A stretch of DNA of 64,000 nucleotides from an uncultured Synechococcaceae cyanobacterium (GCA_902574955.1 CACGPQ010000001.1:3706-67705); one strand, 5' to 3'. Numbered from the stretch's first letter, positions 50,119 to 59,972 are shown. Translations and numbers: made by a program. Notes: generated by a model not told the origin, from the sequence alone.

Positions 50119-50392
50119 ACTACTATTAACAAATGTAAAGTATTCAACCGAAATTAAGTTGTTTTCAAGATTTTTATTACATAAATGTTACATAATCGTG
50201 ACATAATTTTTTAAATAGTTGTTTTTTACTCGTGCAACGCTTTACAGAATGCTTCGCTAACTATTAAAAGTTCAATTAGTTGTTTAAGTATTTATTTTTA
50301 AATCTTTAGAAAGATATCAATTTGGTAGAAAAAACTACATCATTCTAAAATTTGAATAATTAGTTTTTAGATATAAACTATTTCACTTTATT

Positions 50393-50521
50393 ATGGAATT
50401 CGCAAAAAAACTCATGACCGAAAAAGCTGAAAAGCTTAATGGTAAAGCAGCAATGCTTGGAATGTTTGCTCTTGTTGGAGCTTATTATTTTACTGGTCAA
50501 ATTCTTCCAGGAATTTTCTAG
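50393..50521 (+). CDS. hli: High-light-inducible protein (42 aa, NGK variant), not in the ORF track
   Basis: AEKLNGKAAMLG and TGQILPGIF. Confidence 0.88.
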   Translation: MEFAKKLMTEKAEKLNGKAAMLGMFALVGAYYFTGQILPGIF

Positions 50522-50545
50522 TAAAAATCCTTTTAAAATTTTTTC

Positions 50546-50568
50546 AGGGCTTTATAAGGCCCTTTTTT
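50546..50568 (+). terminator. Terminator after the divergent hli gene
   Basis: AGGGC-loop-GCCC followed by T6. Confidence 0.7.
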
Positions 50569-50588
50569 ACTGGATTATTATTCTCTTT

Positions 50589-51326
50589 TTAATTATCTAA
50601 TAATTCAAATAATTTACTTATTAGAAGCTTTCTTTTAAAAAAAGTTTTATCAATATATTTTTTATTCTCTTCTTTTAAAATTTCCTGACCATTTGAGCCC
50701 AACCCTTTAAGGACAAATTCTTTATCTTCTTTAATCCAGTTATTTATCATTCCCCCAGTCGTCTCTATATGGAATTGTAATCCGTAAGCAAAATTACCAA
50801 TCCTAAAAAACTGTTCCTTACAACGTGCACTACTAGCAATGAGTACTGCTTTATTAGGTAATAAAATCCTATCTCCATGCCAATGTAGTACATGAAAAGC
50901 GTCTTCAAACAGTGCTTTAAAGTCTTTATTCGATTTGTCTATAAAAATTTGAGACCATCCAATTTCTGGTAATGCTTTTGGAGGTGATCCATATTTAAGT
51001 ATTTCTACATCTCCCCCAGCAGCACTCGCAAGCAACTGAGCACCTAAGCAAACACCGATTATAGGTCTCTCATTTTCTAATTCTTTTTTTATAAAATCTC
51101 TTTCTAACTTAAGCCATGGATATCTTTCGCTTCCAATATCTTTAACTCCCATTGGTCCACCCATAATTAAAATTAAGTCACCTTTTTTTGTTTGCGGCAG
51201 AGCATTTTTATTATCTAAACGAATAATTTCTATTTTTAAATCTCTTTCTTTAGCAAATTGTTCAAAAAGACCAGGCCCCTCTATTTCTAAATGCTGCAAA
51301 ACTAATAGGCGTTTTATTTCCTTCAT
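50589..51326 (-). CDS. Type 1 glutamine amidotransferase (GMP synthase-like)
   Basis: GVCLGAQL and QFHIE motifs. Confidence 0.9.
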   Translation of the reverse strand: MKEIKRLLVLQHLEIEGPGLFEQFAKERDLKIEIIRLDNKNALPQTKKGDLILIMGGPMGVKDIGSERYPWLKLERDFIKKELENERPIIGVCLGAQLLASAAGGDVEILKYGSPPKALPEIGWSQIFIDKSNKDFKALFEDAFHVLHWHGDRILLPNKAVLIASSARCKEQFFRIGNFAYGLQFHIETTGGMINNWIKEDKEFVLKGLGSNGQEILKEENKKYIDKTFFKRKLLISKLFELLDN

Positions 51327-51649
51327 TCACTTCCCATTATTTCAGCTGATTCAGAACAGACATTAACGCTAAACCAGTTCATTGCCGACCAAGTTTCTTC
51401 TTGGTATGTACCTGCTGCAATACTTACAAAACAATCATTTTCATACCAACTTCGATAACTGGGAGTTACTCCCGTTCCTTTTAATCTATTTTCTAAGCCT
51501 TTTCCATATTTTTTAATAACAAGATTTATAGCTTCATTCTCAATTTCTCTTTGCCTTTCGTCAGCAAAACCTCTTAGTGGAATCAAAAAAAGAATTGATG
51601 CAATAAGTATGCGAATCATTGAGTCTTTTTTATATGTAGCTAATTTCAT
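51323..51649 (-). CDS. Hypothetical secreted protein
   Basis: Signal-like segment beginning MIRILI and two Cys. Confidence 0.65.
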   Translation of the reverse strand: MKLATYKKDSMIRILIASILFLIPLRGFADERQREIENEAINLVIKKYGKGLENRLKGTGVTPSYRSWYENDCFVSIAAGTYQEETWSAMNWFSVNVCSESAEIMGSE

Positions 51650-51920
51650 ATCGATTAATTAATTTTTTAAAATTATTAACTCTATTTTGTCCATTTTTCA
51701 ATGGTCTTGAGGAGTCAAGAACGGCTGCACAACATAATTGCCAACAAGATTTTGCATCTAGTCCTAATTTCTTACATATATTTTTTGGAGCTTTGATAAA
51801 TGTATTTATTTCTGCGATATGTTGAATAGTTTCCCATAATTCTCCTTCAAGATAGTCAAGCTCAATACTTGATAATAATTCTGTAGCGACGTAATCCTCA
51901 ATTAGCTCAGTTAATTCCAA
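51630..51920 (-). CDS. Hypothetical Cys-containing protein, paralogue of 57278-57577
   Basis: APKNICKKLGL...WQLCCAAVLD. Confidence 0.7.
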   Translation of the reverse strand: MELTELIEDYVATELLSSIELDYLEGELWETIQHIAEINTFIKAPKNICKKLGLDAKSCWQLCCAAVLDSSRPLKNGQNRVNNFKKLINRYEISYI

Positions 51921-52037
51921 AATATTTTATTGAAACAGGAGGAGTTAAATTATCTCTTAGTATTTGTATAGCAAGATAAAAAAAAAGAAGCTAGTCTACA
52001 TCTAATATAAACATAAAGACTTTTTTGGCAGGAGTTC

Positions 52038-52307
52038 TTATCCATAATTATGAGCTACTTCTATCCACCCTTTTTGGTGAAGTTCGTGCCACTTTGCCCA
52101 GGCTGAATCTATGTTTAGTTTTTCAGAGGATTTATATCCTCCAGGTTCTCCAAGGTGATTTGTATAGAAAAGATGAGTATGAATTTTAAAAATAGCCTTA
52201 GGAGAATTTTTGCATTCTTCGAAAAAGATCATTCTGCTGCCTTCGGGATTTAGTAGGCAGCCGCTTGGCTTGCTAGTGCTACAACCAAATGAGTACTTAG
52301 GCTTCAT
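52038..52307 (-). CDS. DUF1651-like protein
   Basis: LLNP motif and C-terminal AWAKWHELHQKGW. Confidence 0.7.
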   Translation of the reverse strand: MKPKYSFGCSTSKPSGCLLNPEGSRMIFFEECKNSPKAIFKIHTHLFYTNHLGEPGGYKSSEKLNIDSAWAKWHELHQKGWIEVAHNYG

Positions 52308-52456
52308 ACTTTTTCCTTAATTGGCAGATTAAATATTAATACATTTGTACTATAAATTATATTCTTTTTGTTTTGCTGTCAATCCTTTTAGGGTAATGTA
52401 CTTATTTACTAATAATTATTTTGTTTTTTAATAAATAAGATAATTTCTTTAAGCTT

Positions 52457-52639
52457 ATGAATTACAGGGAAGATCTAGAAATCAAACTACAAAAAGTAAC
52501 ACTTGCAATGCAGGAAGTTGTAGATGATATACACAAAACTGATCCTGAGAAGCAAAGAATAATTTCCAAACTTATTGAATTTAAAGAAGCAATCATTTCA
52601 AAGGGAATTGAACTTAATATTGAATTAGAGGCAGCCTAG
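52457..52639 (+). CDS. Hypothetical helical protein
   Basis: 60 aa, ends ELEAA. Confidence 0.7.
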   Translation: MNYREDLEIKLQKVTLAMQEVVDDIHKTDPEKQRIISKLIEFKEAIISKGIELNIELEAA

Positions 52640-52712
52640 AAAAATTCCAAATCTCATGAATGTCTAATAACTTTTAGAATAAAGTTATTAAAAAAGAAGG
52701 GTTATTTATCAA

Positions 52713-52874
52713 ATGCAGCCTGGTACTTTTGAATTATTGATCCTAATATTTATTTTTTTAGGTCTTCAAGCCTGGTGGATTATCCCAATAGTTATTAAAA
52801 ATAATAAATTAAATAAGAGAGGTAAGGATTTAAGAGAGGAAATTAAGCAATTAGAAAAGTTATATAAAAAATAA
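52713..52874 (+). CDS. Small membrane protein (53 aa), not in the ORF track
   Basis: MQPGTFELLILIFIFLGLQAWW followed by a coiled-coil tail. Confidence 0.6.
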   Translation: MQPGTFELLILIFIFLGLQAWWIIPIVIKNNKLNKRGKDLREEIKQLEKLYKK

Positions 52875-52927
52875 ATTAGTTTATTATTTTTGCAAACTAC
52901 CTATTATTAGTGAAACTCAAATATCTA

Positions 52928-53350
52928 ATGAAAATAAAAACATTAATTCCATTTTGTTTCCTTTTTATTGGGACTTTAGCTTTACCACAACCTTCTCTTG
53001 CTGAAGAAAAGATTGAAGTTATATCTATTATTCAAAGTTCAAAAGGACTAAGTGGTAAAAATTTTAATTATCTCGAGGGTAAGCCTGAATTAAGACTCTT
53101 AAAAGTAAAAATTCCAGTTGGGTTGAAAACTCCAATTCATACTCATCCTTCCCCAATGCTGATTCATGTTACCAGAGGAAGATTAAAGCATGTGAGGGGT
53201 GAAGAAATTAATTTTTTTAAAGCGGGTGATGCATTTATAGAGAGTAATAATGGGGCCCCACACTATGTGAAAAATGTTGGAAAGAAGCCGGCAATACTTC
53301 ATGTGGGAGTTGTATCAGTAGTTGGAATGCCTACGGCCATAAATAAATAA
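52928..53350 (+). CDS. Secreted cupin domain protein
   Basis: Signal peptide, HTHP and E...PH cupin motifs. Confidence 0.88.
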   Translation: MKIKTLIPFCFLFIGTLALPQPSLAEEKIEVISIIQSSKGLSGKNFNYLEGKPELRLLKVKIPVGLKTPIHTHPSPMLIHVTRGRLKHVRGEEINFFKAGDAFIESNNGAPHYVKNVGKKPAILHVGVVSVVGMPTAINK

Positions 53351-53391
53351 GATTTTTCTCAAAGTTGTTCATCAGTATGAGAATTGAACTT

Positions 53392-55098
53392 TTATGAAGA
53401 ACAACTGTAATGAGATACTCCTCCATAGTTAAAATACTGGCTTGGCTTTAGTCGATTATATTTTTGATCTATTTCCAGGGGTTGTTCTATATATGGATTG
53501 CTAAAGACATCCTGTAACTCTTTTATTTTTTTGTAATTTCCCTTTTCAGCTTCTTCATATGCGGGAACGACCATCCATTCGCGCCAAGTATAGACTGGAT
53601 TAAGGGATTTCATTGATGTCGATTTTGCTTTAATATTTCCCTCTTTCTTCAAGACTGATTGCCAGTTTTCAAGCCATACTTCCCACCTATTATTGAGCTC
53701 GTCATTAATTGGTAAATAGAAACAGTCCTTTAAAGAATCTAAGTTATCAGGTATTTCAGACAGTTTACGGAACAAAATTGTATAGTCTGCTTTTGAAATG
53801 ACCATGAGATTAAAAAATTCATTTATTAGAGTTTCGTTGTAATGTTCTAAACCAAGCTTGTTTGCCCACATTTTCATCAATTCCTTATTCATTAATTCAG
53901 AAAAGTCTTTTTCGATTTGATCTAACTTTTCTTGATCTTGTTTGCTTTGCGAAAGTAACGGACTAAGTGATGAACAGAATGTTTTAAAGTTGATTGCCGC
54001 TGCAGAAGGCTGGTTAAAAAATGAGAAATGTTCACCTCCACCTGTCCATGGCTGAAATCTTGGATCAAATAATTCGCAGAATCCAAACGGTCCATAATCC
54101 AAGGTGTAGCCACCGGCAGCACAATTATCACTATTGAAATTACCCTGGCAATAACCAACTCGCATCCAGTTAGTTACAAGAGATATAAGTCTAGATCTAT
54201 ATAAACAAGCTAGTTTTATTACCTTACTTTCAAGTGAAATCTCATTTTCAATTTCATCTTTATAGTTTCTATCAATAAGATGTTGAACTATCATCTTTAG
54301 TTCATTAAGAGCTTCATCATGAGAATTATTGCGAACTCGTCTTGCAAAAAGTTCAATCTGTCCAACTCGTAAAAAAGATGGAGCGACTCTAGTAGTAATT
54401 GCAGCTTGATTATCAGTCATTATGTCAGGTTCAAAATACCTGGACTCTTTGGAATACCATGGCCTCCTTACTTTTTCTGATTGTGAGACAAAAAGTGTCA
54501 AAGACCTTGAGGTAGAAATTCCCAATGAATCCATTAATTCCTGTGCAAGAAATTCTCTAACGCTAGACCTCAAGACAGCCCTACCATCTGCTCCACGACA
54601 GTAGGGAGTTGGACCTCCACCTTTCAGTTGCATCTCCATTCTTTTCCCATTGAATAAACCTTCAAAAACAGAAATTGCTCTACCATCACCATAACCATTG
54701 CCAGTTCCAAAGGGACATTGTTGGTTATATTCAGTCCCGTAAATTGATAATGCATAACCTGTTGCCCAACCAACAGGACTCATTGGATATTTAGCAACAG
54801 AAATATCACCTGAGAAAAAACGACAAAAATTTAGGTCTTTAGTAAGATCTGAGCTTAGCCTTAGTTCTTTAAAAAGTTTGTTGCTATGGGAAATATATTC
54901 TGGATCTGGAATAGCAGTTGGAACAACTGGTACGTAATGACCTGAATATACTGAACGCGGCTTATGATCATTTCCATCTTTTGTTGATTTAGGATCTGCT
55001 TTAAGAGAATTCATAAAAGAATAGTCAGATAGTAGAGAAAATTCATAAAAATTTTCTGTAAGCTTTCCTTTTAATGAATCAGATTTGGTTGACATCAA
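53392..55098 (-). CDS. selO: Protein adenylyltransferase SelO (YdiU)
   Basis: GDGRA, LKGGGPTPY, DGRAVLRSS, LDYGPFG and C-terminal CSS. Confidence 0.93.
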   Translation of the reverse strand: MMSTKSDSLKGKLTENFYEFSLLSDYSFMNSLKADPKSTKDGNDHKPRSVYSGHYVPVVPTAIPDPEYISHSNKLFKELRLSSDLTKDLNFCRFFSGDISVAKYPMSPVGWATGYALSIYGTEYNQQCPFGTGNGYGDGRAISVFEGLFNGKRMEMQLKGGGPTPYCRGADGRAVLRSSVREFLAQELMDSLGISTSRSLTLFVSQSEKVRRPWYSKESRYFEPDIMTDNQAAITTRVAPSFLRVGQIELFARRVRNNSHDEALNELKMIVQHLIDRNYKDEIENEISLESKVIKLACLYRSRLISLVTNWMRVGYCQGNFNSDNCAAGGYTLDYGPFGFCELFDPRFQPWTGGGEHFSFFNQPSAAAINFKTFCSSLSPLLSQSKQDQEKLDQIEKDFSELMNKELMKMWANKLGLEHYNETLINEFFNLMVISKADYTILFRKLSEIPDNLDSLKDCFYLPINDELNNRWEVWLENWQSVLKKEGNIKAKSTSMKSLNPVYTWREWMVVPAYEEAEKGNYKKIKELQDVFSNPYIEQPLEIDQKYNRLKPSQYFNYGGVSHYSCSS

Positions 55099-55499
55099 AT
55101 TTGCTATCTATTCTTGTAGGCGTTCTAATTTCTTTAAATAAAACATTTAAATGTATTTTATATAGTTTCTATTAAGGATGGTTTTTGCCGATACGTTCGA
55201 GATTAAATATAAGTTAAATTTTAATACTTCATTAAAAAAAGGTTCCGCAGTAAAACATTTTCTTGAGAAAGATATTTAGACTTTAGTAATAAAACAAAGC
55301 ACTTAGCCTTCATATCAATTTTTTAATTAATAACCATTGCAAATACTCAATTATTGACTAGTATTTTTTTGAGTTTGATTAAAAATAATGCGAAAAAGTT
55401 AAACTATTTTATCTTTTTTTGACTTGCACCCCTCCACCTATTTCCGCACTATATCGCAGTAAATTTATTCAATTTTATACATTATAATTTTATTTATTT

Positions 55500-56843
55500 T
55501 TAACTTACCCAGCCTTTAAGCAAATCAAACACACTAATAAATAGTCCAAAACCAATAATTGGGGGCGCAACCCATCTTGTCATGAATTTCAAATAACGTG
55601 TCGTTTTGATTCCAACTTTTGAATCACTAAGTTCTTCATTAAACTTTCCAGGTACTACCCATCCCATAAAGAAAGTAACCAAGAATCCACCAAAGATAAG
55701 TAATATGCCTCCAAAAATCGAATCAATAGTTCCAAGAATGTTTAAGTTTAATGCAGAAGGAATGCCTGCTAAGAATAAGAAAAGAGTTATCAGCCAAACA
55801 GATTTTTCTCTTTTAAAACCAAATTTATCCATTAAAGAGGAAACTGGAACTTCCAATAATGAAACAGAGGAAGTTATTGCTGCAATATAAGCTAGTGCGA
55901 AAAATGCAACAGCTACAATTCTTCCAACCGCTCCATATGAACCAAGGCCCGTAGGAATTGATATAAATAATGCACCAACTGTTGATTCAGAAATAGCATC
56001 ATTTAAACCAAACGTTAAAACAATCGGAAAAGTAATAAGTCCTGCCATAAGACCCACCAAAGTATCCAATGATGCAACTCCAACACTTAGTTTTGGAAGA
56101 TTACTCTTTTTATTTAGATAGGAAGCGTAAGTCACCATTACTCCAATTCCTAAACTTAAAGAAAAGAAAGCTTGAGTAAAAGCATTTCTTATGGTTTGAG
56201 GGTTCCTTAATTCATCAAAGTCAAATTTAAACAAAAATGTTTTATATCCTTCCCATGCGCCTGAAAGTGAAGTGGCCCATATTGCAAGAGATAGAAGAAT
56301 TATAAAAAGTATAGGCATAAAGAATCTTGTTACTTTTTCGATTCCTTTTTTTATCCCTGATGAAACTATTATGGCAGTAAGAACGAGACTTAATAGGTGC
56401 CCCAATAAAACACTGCTACCACTACTAATTGAGCCAAAGAAAGTTTCTGCTTCACTTAAATTTTTTGGTAATCCAAAAAATAATGAATGAAACAAGGTAT
56501 CTGCGGTCCACCCCATTATGACTGAATAATATGATGCTATTCCCAAGGGAGCTATAAAGAAAAGAATTCCTAATGGATACCAATTTTTTCCAGCTAACTT
56601 TACTGGTGCAAGCAATGTGCTGGCAGTAGCGTTTCTTCCTAAAGCCATTTCAGCAACAAATACCGGAAGGCATACAATTAAAACGATTAGTACGTATAAA
56701 AGTACAAAAGCAGCACCTCCACCTTGAGAGGCTCTGTAGGCGAAACCCCAAAGGTTACCAAGACCTACTGCGCTACCTGCAGCGGCAAGAATGAATCCCA
56801 ACTTACTAGTCCATTGTTCTCTTGGAGAAATTTTTGAGTCCAA
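55500..56843 (-). CDS. Sodium-dependent transporter, NSS/SNF family
   Basis: GSAVGLGNLW and QAFFSLSLG motifs. Confidence 0.93.
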   Translation of the reverse strand: MDSKISPREQWTSKLGFILAAAGSAVGLGNLWGFAYRASQGGGAAFVLLYVLIVLIVCLPVFVAEMALGRNATASTLLAPVKLAGKNWYPLGILFFIAPLGIASYYSVIMGWTADTLFHSLFFGLPKNLSEAETFFGSISSGSSVLLGHLLSLVLTAIIVSSGIKKGIEKVTRFFMPILFIILLSLAIWATSLSGAWEGYKTFLFKFDFDELRNPQTIRNAFTQAFFSLSLGIGVMVTYASYLNKKSNLPKLSVGVASLDTLVGLMAGLITFPIVLTFGLNDAISESTVGALFISIPTGLGSYGAVGRIVAVAFFALAYIAAITSSVSLLEVPVSSLMDKFGFKREKSVWLITLFLFLAGIPSALNLNILGTIDSIFGGILLIFGGFLVTFFMGWVVPGKFNEELSDSKVGIKTTRYLKFMTRWVAPPIIGFGLFISVFDLLKGWVS

Positions 56844-56980
56844 AATTAAAATCTGTTTTTTATAGTTGATTTATAACTCATAAGTAAAAATTAGTTAATA
56901 CCTTGCTTAATAAAAACTAATCTTTATTCAATTATTTTTTGCAAAAAGATTTAAAATCTAAAAAACATCTTATAACTACC

Positions 56981-57262
56981 ATGACCATTGAAACGACTAT
57001 TCTAGATTTTCAACTAAGTAATACTTTTGAACAATATGAATCTCATATGAACGCTGAGGAACAGCAGTCGATGTTTAAAGAAATGGGTGTAAAAACATTT
57101 TATATTGGTAAATCAATAGATGATCCTAAAAGGGCAACTGTAATTTTTCAAGGACCAGAAAATGTTCTATACGATATTTTTATGAATCCTCAAACAAAAC
57201 CTATTGTTGAAGCTTCAGGGCATATTTATGAGGGTACAAAAATAACTCGATGGATTTCTTGA
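56981..57262 (+). CDS. DUF3764 family protein
   Basis: MTIETTILDF start and IVEASGH motif. Confidence 0.75.
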   Translation: MTIETTILDFQLSNTFEQYESHMNAEEQQSMFKEMGVKTFYIGKSIDDPKRATVIFQGPENVLYDIFMNPQTKPIVEASGHIYEGTKITRWIS

Positions 57263-57277
57263 AAAAATAAATCTTAT

Positions 57278-57577
57278 ATGAATTATCAACTTTTAATTGA
57301 ATCATATTCTTTTGGGACATCCCTTTCTGAGCAAGAAATAGAACTTTTAAGTCTGGAACTTGAAACTCAAATCATGAACATTAATATATCAACAGATTTT
57401 GGCTGTTTTAAATCGGCCCCCATCCATATTTGTGAAGGTCTAAATTTAAAAAAAGATACTTATTGGATTATGTGCCTTGCTGAAATATTAGATTTACATA
57501 AACCCTCCCAATTTGGGAAAACGAAAAGTGTGGAGGTTTTCGATTTACTTCTTGAAAAAGGACTTGTTATTGGTTAA
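57278..57577 (+). CDS. Hypothetical Cys-containing protein, paralogue of 51630-51920
   Basis: APIHICEGLNL...WIMCLAEILD. Confidence 0.7.
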   Translation: MNYQLLIESYSFGTSLSEQEIELLSLELETQIMNINISTDFGCFKSAPIHICEGLNLKKDTYWIMCLAEILDLHKPSQFGKTKSVEVFDLLLEKGLVIG

Positions 57578-57655
57578 CTATTTAATTATTTGAGTATTAA
57601 AAAAAAGTTGTTTTTTCTTTATTCTGATAGCATTAATCTAGGCTCAGATAAATAA

Positions 57656-58012
57656 ATGAAAGATTCTAATGAATTGATATTGAGAAATATTATTAAGCTA
57701 ACTAGGTCAAGTGAGAAGAAATTTAAACAAGGAAATTTTAAAGGGGCAATAGATGACAAAATGAAGGCTAATGCAATTTTGAAATCCAAATCTTGTGATG
57801 AAAAAATTATTGAAAAATATAGAGAAGAATTATCTAGATTCTATTCCTCAAAATTTGATCTTATTTTCGATCATAAGCTGAAAATTGATGAAATAAAGAG
57901 AAATCAAATAGTAAAAATGCTGGAACAAAAAAGTAAGGAAAAATTAAAAAGTCTTGATTATAAAGGAGCAGTAAAAGCCTTTAGGAGGGCTGAAAAATAT
58001 TTTTCAAATTAA
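57656..58012 (+). CDS. Hypothetical protein with two TPR-like helices
   Basis: GNFKGAI and LDYKGAV repeats. Confidence 0.65.
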   Translation: MKDSNELILRNIIKLTRSSEKKFKQGNFKGAIDDKMKANAILKSKSCDEKIIEKYREELSRFYSSKFDLIFDHKLKIDEIKRNQIVKMLEQKSKEKLKSLDYKGAVKAFRRAEKYFSN

Positions 58013-58286
58013 AATCAATCTAAATCTCAGAGATTTTATGAGATAAATTAAATTTATAAGTTTGAGAATAAAAAATGATGAAAGGGTTGATTTTTTTTCA
58101 GAATTCGTTTCTTTAAAGATATATCATTTTTGGTACTACTCATGGTTATGCCCCAATCTACCTTGGAAAGCTTATTATTTTTTTTGATACTTTCTCTTCT
58201 TGCAACGTACATAGTTAATTTAAAGTATTCTTCGAAATTAAAAATACAGAAGTAGTTTTTTTATTTATCTTTTTTCTTTATTAGAT

Positions 58287-58484
58287 TTATTTCCTTGGAT
58301 CACTCCAAGTCTCTTTGTATAACCAGCTCAAAAAGGTAAGAGTAAGTATATTCCCAAATGCATAAGTTATTCCTAATAATGGGTCGTAAATATTGGCAAT
58401 AATCGTCGACATTATAAAGATTATTAACCCTGAAACAACCAAATCCTGAATAGGCAAATGGTTAAAATTCACCGAATTTATCAT
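58287..58484 (-). CDS. Hypothetical membrane protein
   Basis: 65 aa, two TM helices. Confidence 0.55.
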   Translation of the reverse strand: MINSVNFNHLPIQDLVVSGLIIFIMSTIIANIYDPLLGITYAFGNILTLTFLSWLYKETWSDPRK

Positions 58485-58566
58485 TTGATAATTGTTTTTA
58501 ATAGATTAAATTAATTATAAAACCAACAAGTACCTTATTTTTTTATAAGGCAATATCATTTAAGGT

Positions 58567-58797
58567 ATGAATAAGTTTAGGATTGCCAAAATAATTATAG
58601 TTTTTTCATCATTATCGTATTTGAGTGTTTCTTTTTTAAGAAATTATAATTCTCCAGAAAATATAGAAAAAAGGTGTATTCTTAAATTTGAAAAAGATTT
58701 TAAAAATAATTTGGAAACATCTCATGAAGAATGGAATCAAATTTTAGATTTAGCTGATAACAATTATTTAAAATGTATGGGAATAACTCAGTATTAA
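58567..58797 (+). CDS. Hypothetical protein with N-terminal TM and two Cys
   Basis: 76-aa ORF abutting the next gene. Confidence 0.6.
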   Translation: MNKFRIAKIIIVFSSLSYLSVSFLRNYNSPENIEKRCILKFEKDFKNNLETSHEEWNQILDLADNNYLKCMGITQY

Positions 58798-58799
58798 TT

Positions 58800-59015
58800 A
58801 TGGGAGAGGCAAAGAGAAGAAAAAATTTAGGTATCCCGCCTAGAGAAAAAACTGAAGATATAAAGTTGCCTCAACTTGATAAAAAAGCCATACAACAAAA
58901 AGTCAGGTCTACATTGTATAAATATCCAATTATTCCTTTTCTTTTTTATGGAGCTGCAATATTGATCCTAATCGGAGGTTTATTTTATGTTTTCAAATCC
59001 TTCCATATAGCTTAA
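58800..59015 (+). CDS. DUF2839 family protein
   Basis: MGEAKRR start and C-terminal TM. Confidence 0.8.
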   Translation: MGEAKRRKNLGIPPREKTEDIKLPQLDKKAIQQKVRSTLYKYPIIPFLFYGAAILILIGGLFYVFKSFHIA

Positions 59016-59147
59016 TTAAAAGGATTATTAATTTTGATATTTATGATTTTTTGGCATCATCAATTAAAAAAAATTGAATTATAATAAATGAGCAATTTTT
59101 ATTTTGCAAAAATAATCAAAGAAATAATATATGAGAATTATTTACAG

Positions 59148-59175
59148 TTGACACCATCATATGGTGTTGTAATTT
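59148..59175 (+). promoter_or_regulatory. Sigma70-like promoter with an embedded palindrome
   Basis: TTGACA-16 nt-TAATTT overlapping ACACCAT-cat-ATGGTGT. Confidence 0.6.
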
Positions 59176-59196
59176 TAGATTAAATTAAAACTATTT

Positions 59197-59331
59197 ATGA
59201 AGAAAATAAATAAAAAATATTATGAAATAATGCGTCAAGCTGATAATGCAGTTGGAAGAAAAGAAGTAGTTAGTTTATTAAAAAAAGCTGCAATAATTAT
59301 GTCTAAATCTGAGGAAAACTTAGCGGCTTAA
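59197..59331 (+). CDS. Small protein (44 aa), not in the ORF track
   Basis: MKKINKKYYEIMRQADNAVGRKEVVSLLKKA...NLAA. Confidence 0.7.
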   Translation: MKKINKKYYEIMRQADNAVGRKEVVSLLKKAAIIMSKSEENLAA

Positions 59332-59340
59332 ATTAGAAAA

Positions 59341-59472
59341 CTATTTTATTAGGATAAATAAAACACCATAAAGAATGATTGATGTGGATGCAGCCATAAT
59401 TATAAATGGTAGTATCATGCCTGAGTTTAACCATCTTAAAAGTCTAATTTTTTTGTTAATTACTCTTGGCAT
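59341..59472 (-). CDS. Small membrane protein (43 aa), not in the ORF track
   Basis: MPRVINKKIRLLRW followed by a TM helix. Confidence 0.5.
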   Translation of the reverse strand: MPRVINKKIRLLRWLNSGMILPFIIMAASTSIILYGVLFILIK

Positions 59473-59696
59473 CTTTTCTGATTCCCTTTTTTGCAACCTA
59501 ACAAGAAAATAAATGTTGTAAATGATTAATTAATCTTTTTAAATATCATTCCTTAGCTATTTTGGAATTAAATTTTCTAAAGAAAATTATTTTAATTGCA
59601 TCTGGATTTTTATCTTAAGAGAAATTTTTAGGTAATTAATACCTTGTATTCTTCAAATTTCTTATGCATTATTTAGAAACATTAGATTTCTAAATA

Positions 59697-59972
59697 ATGA
59701 TTAAAAATTTAAAAGAGGGCCTTGAAGAATTTGAAGATTATGATTCAGAACTGTTACTTAAGATTCTAAATAAGACATCACTGGAGAATGAAAAAGGCGA
59801 TGATAAAGAACTATTTGTAGATGAAAATTGGAAAATTAATTCAAAAAATATGAGTAATATAATTCATTCAGATAATTCAAATTTGAAAAGAATATTATCA
59901 GATATTTTCCCTAATAAAAAAATAGTGATTCAGGATAATAATGATGGGTCGCAAACAATTTTCTTATCCTAA
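59697..59972 (+). CDS. Hypothetical protein
   Basis: 91-aa acidic ORF. Confidence 0.6.
   Translation: MIKNLKEGLEEFEDYDSELLLKILNKTSLENEKGDDKELFVDENWKINSKNMSNIIHSDNSNLKRILSDIFPNKKIVIQDNNDGSQTIFLS

Noticed and set aside
53392-53410. Selenocysteine at the SelO C-terminus
   Set aside because: The gene ends Cys-Ser-Ser-TAA with no in-frame TGA.
58142-58255. 37-codon hydrophobic ORF MVMPQSTLESLLFF...
   Set aside because: Possible, but there is no RBS, coupling or motif to support it.
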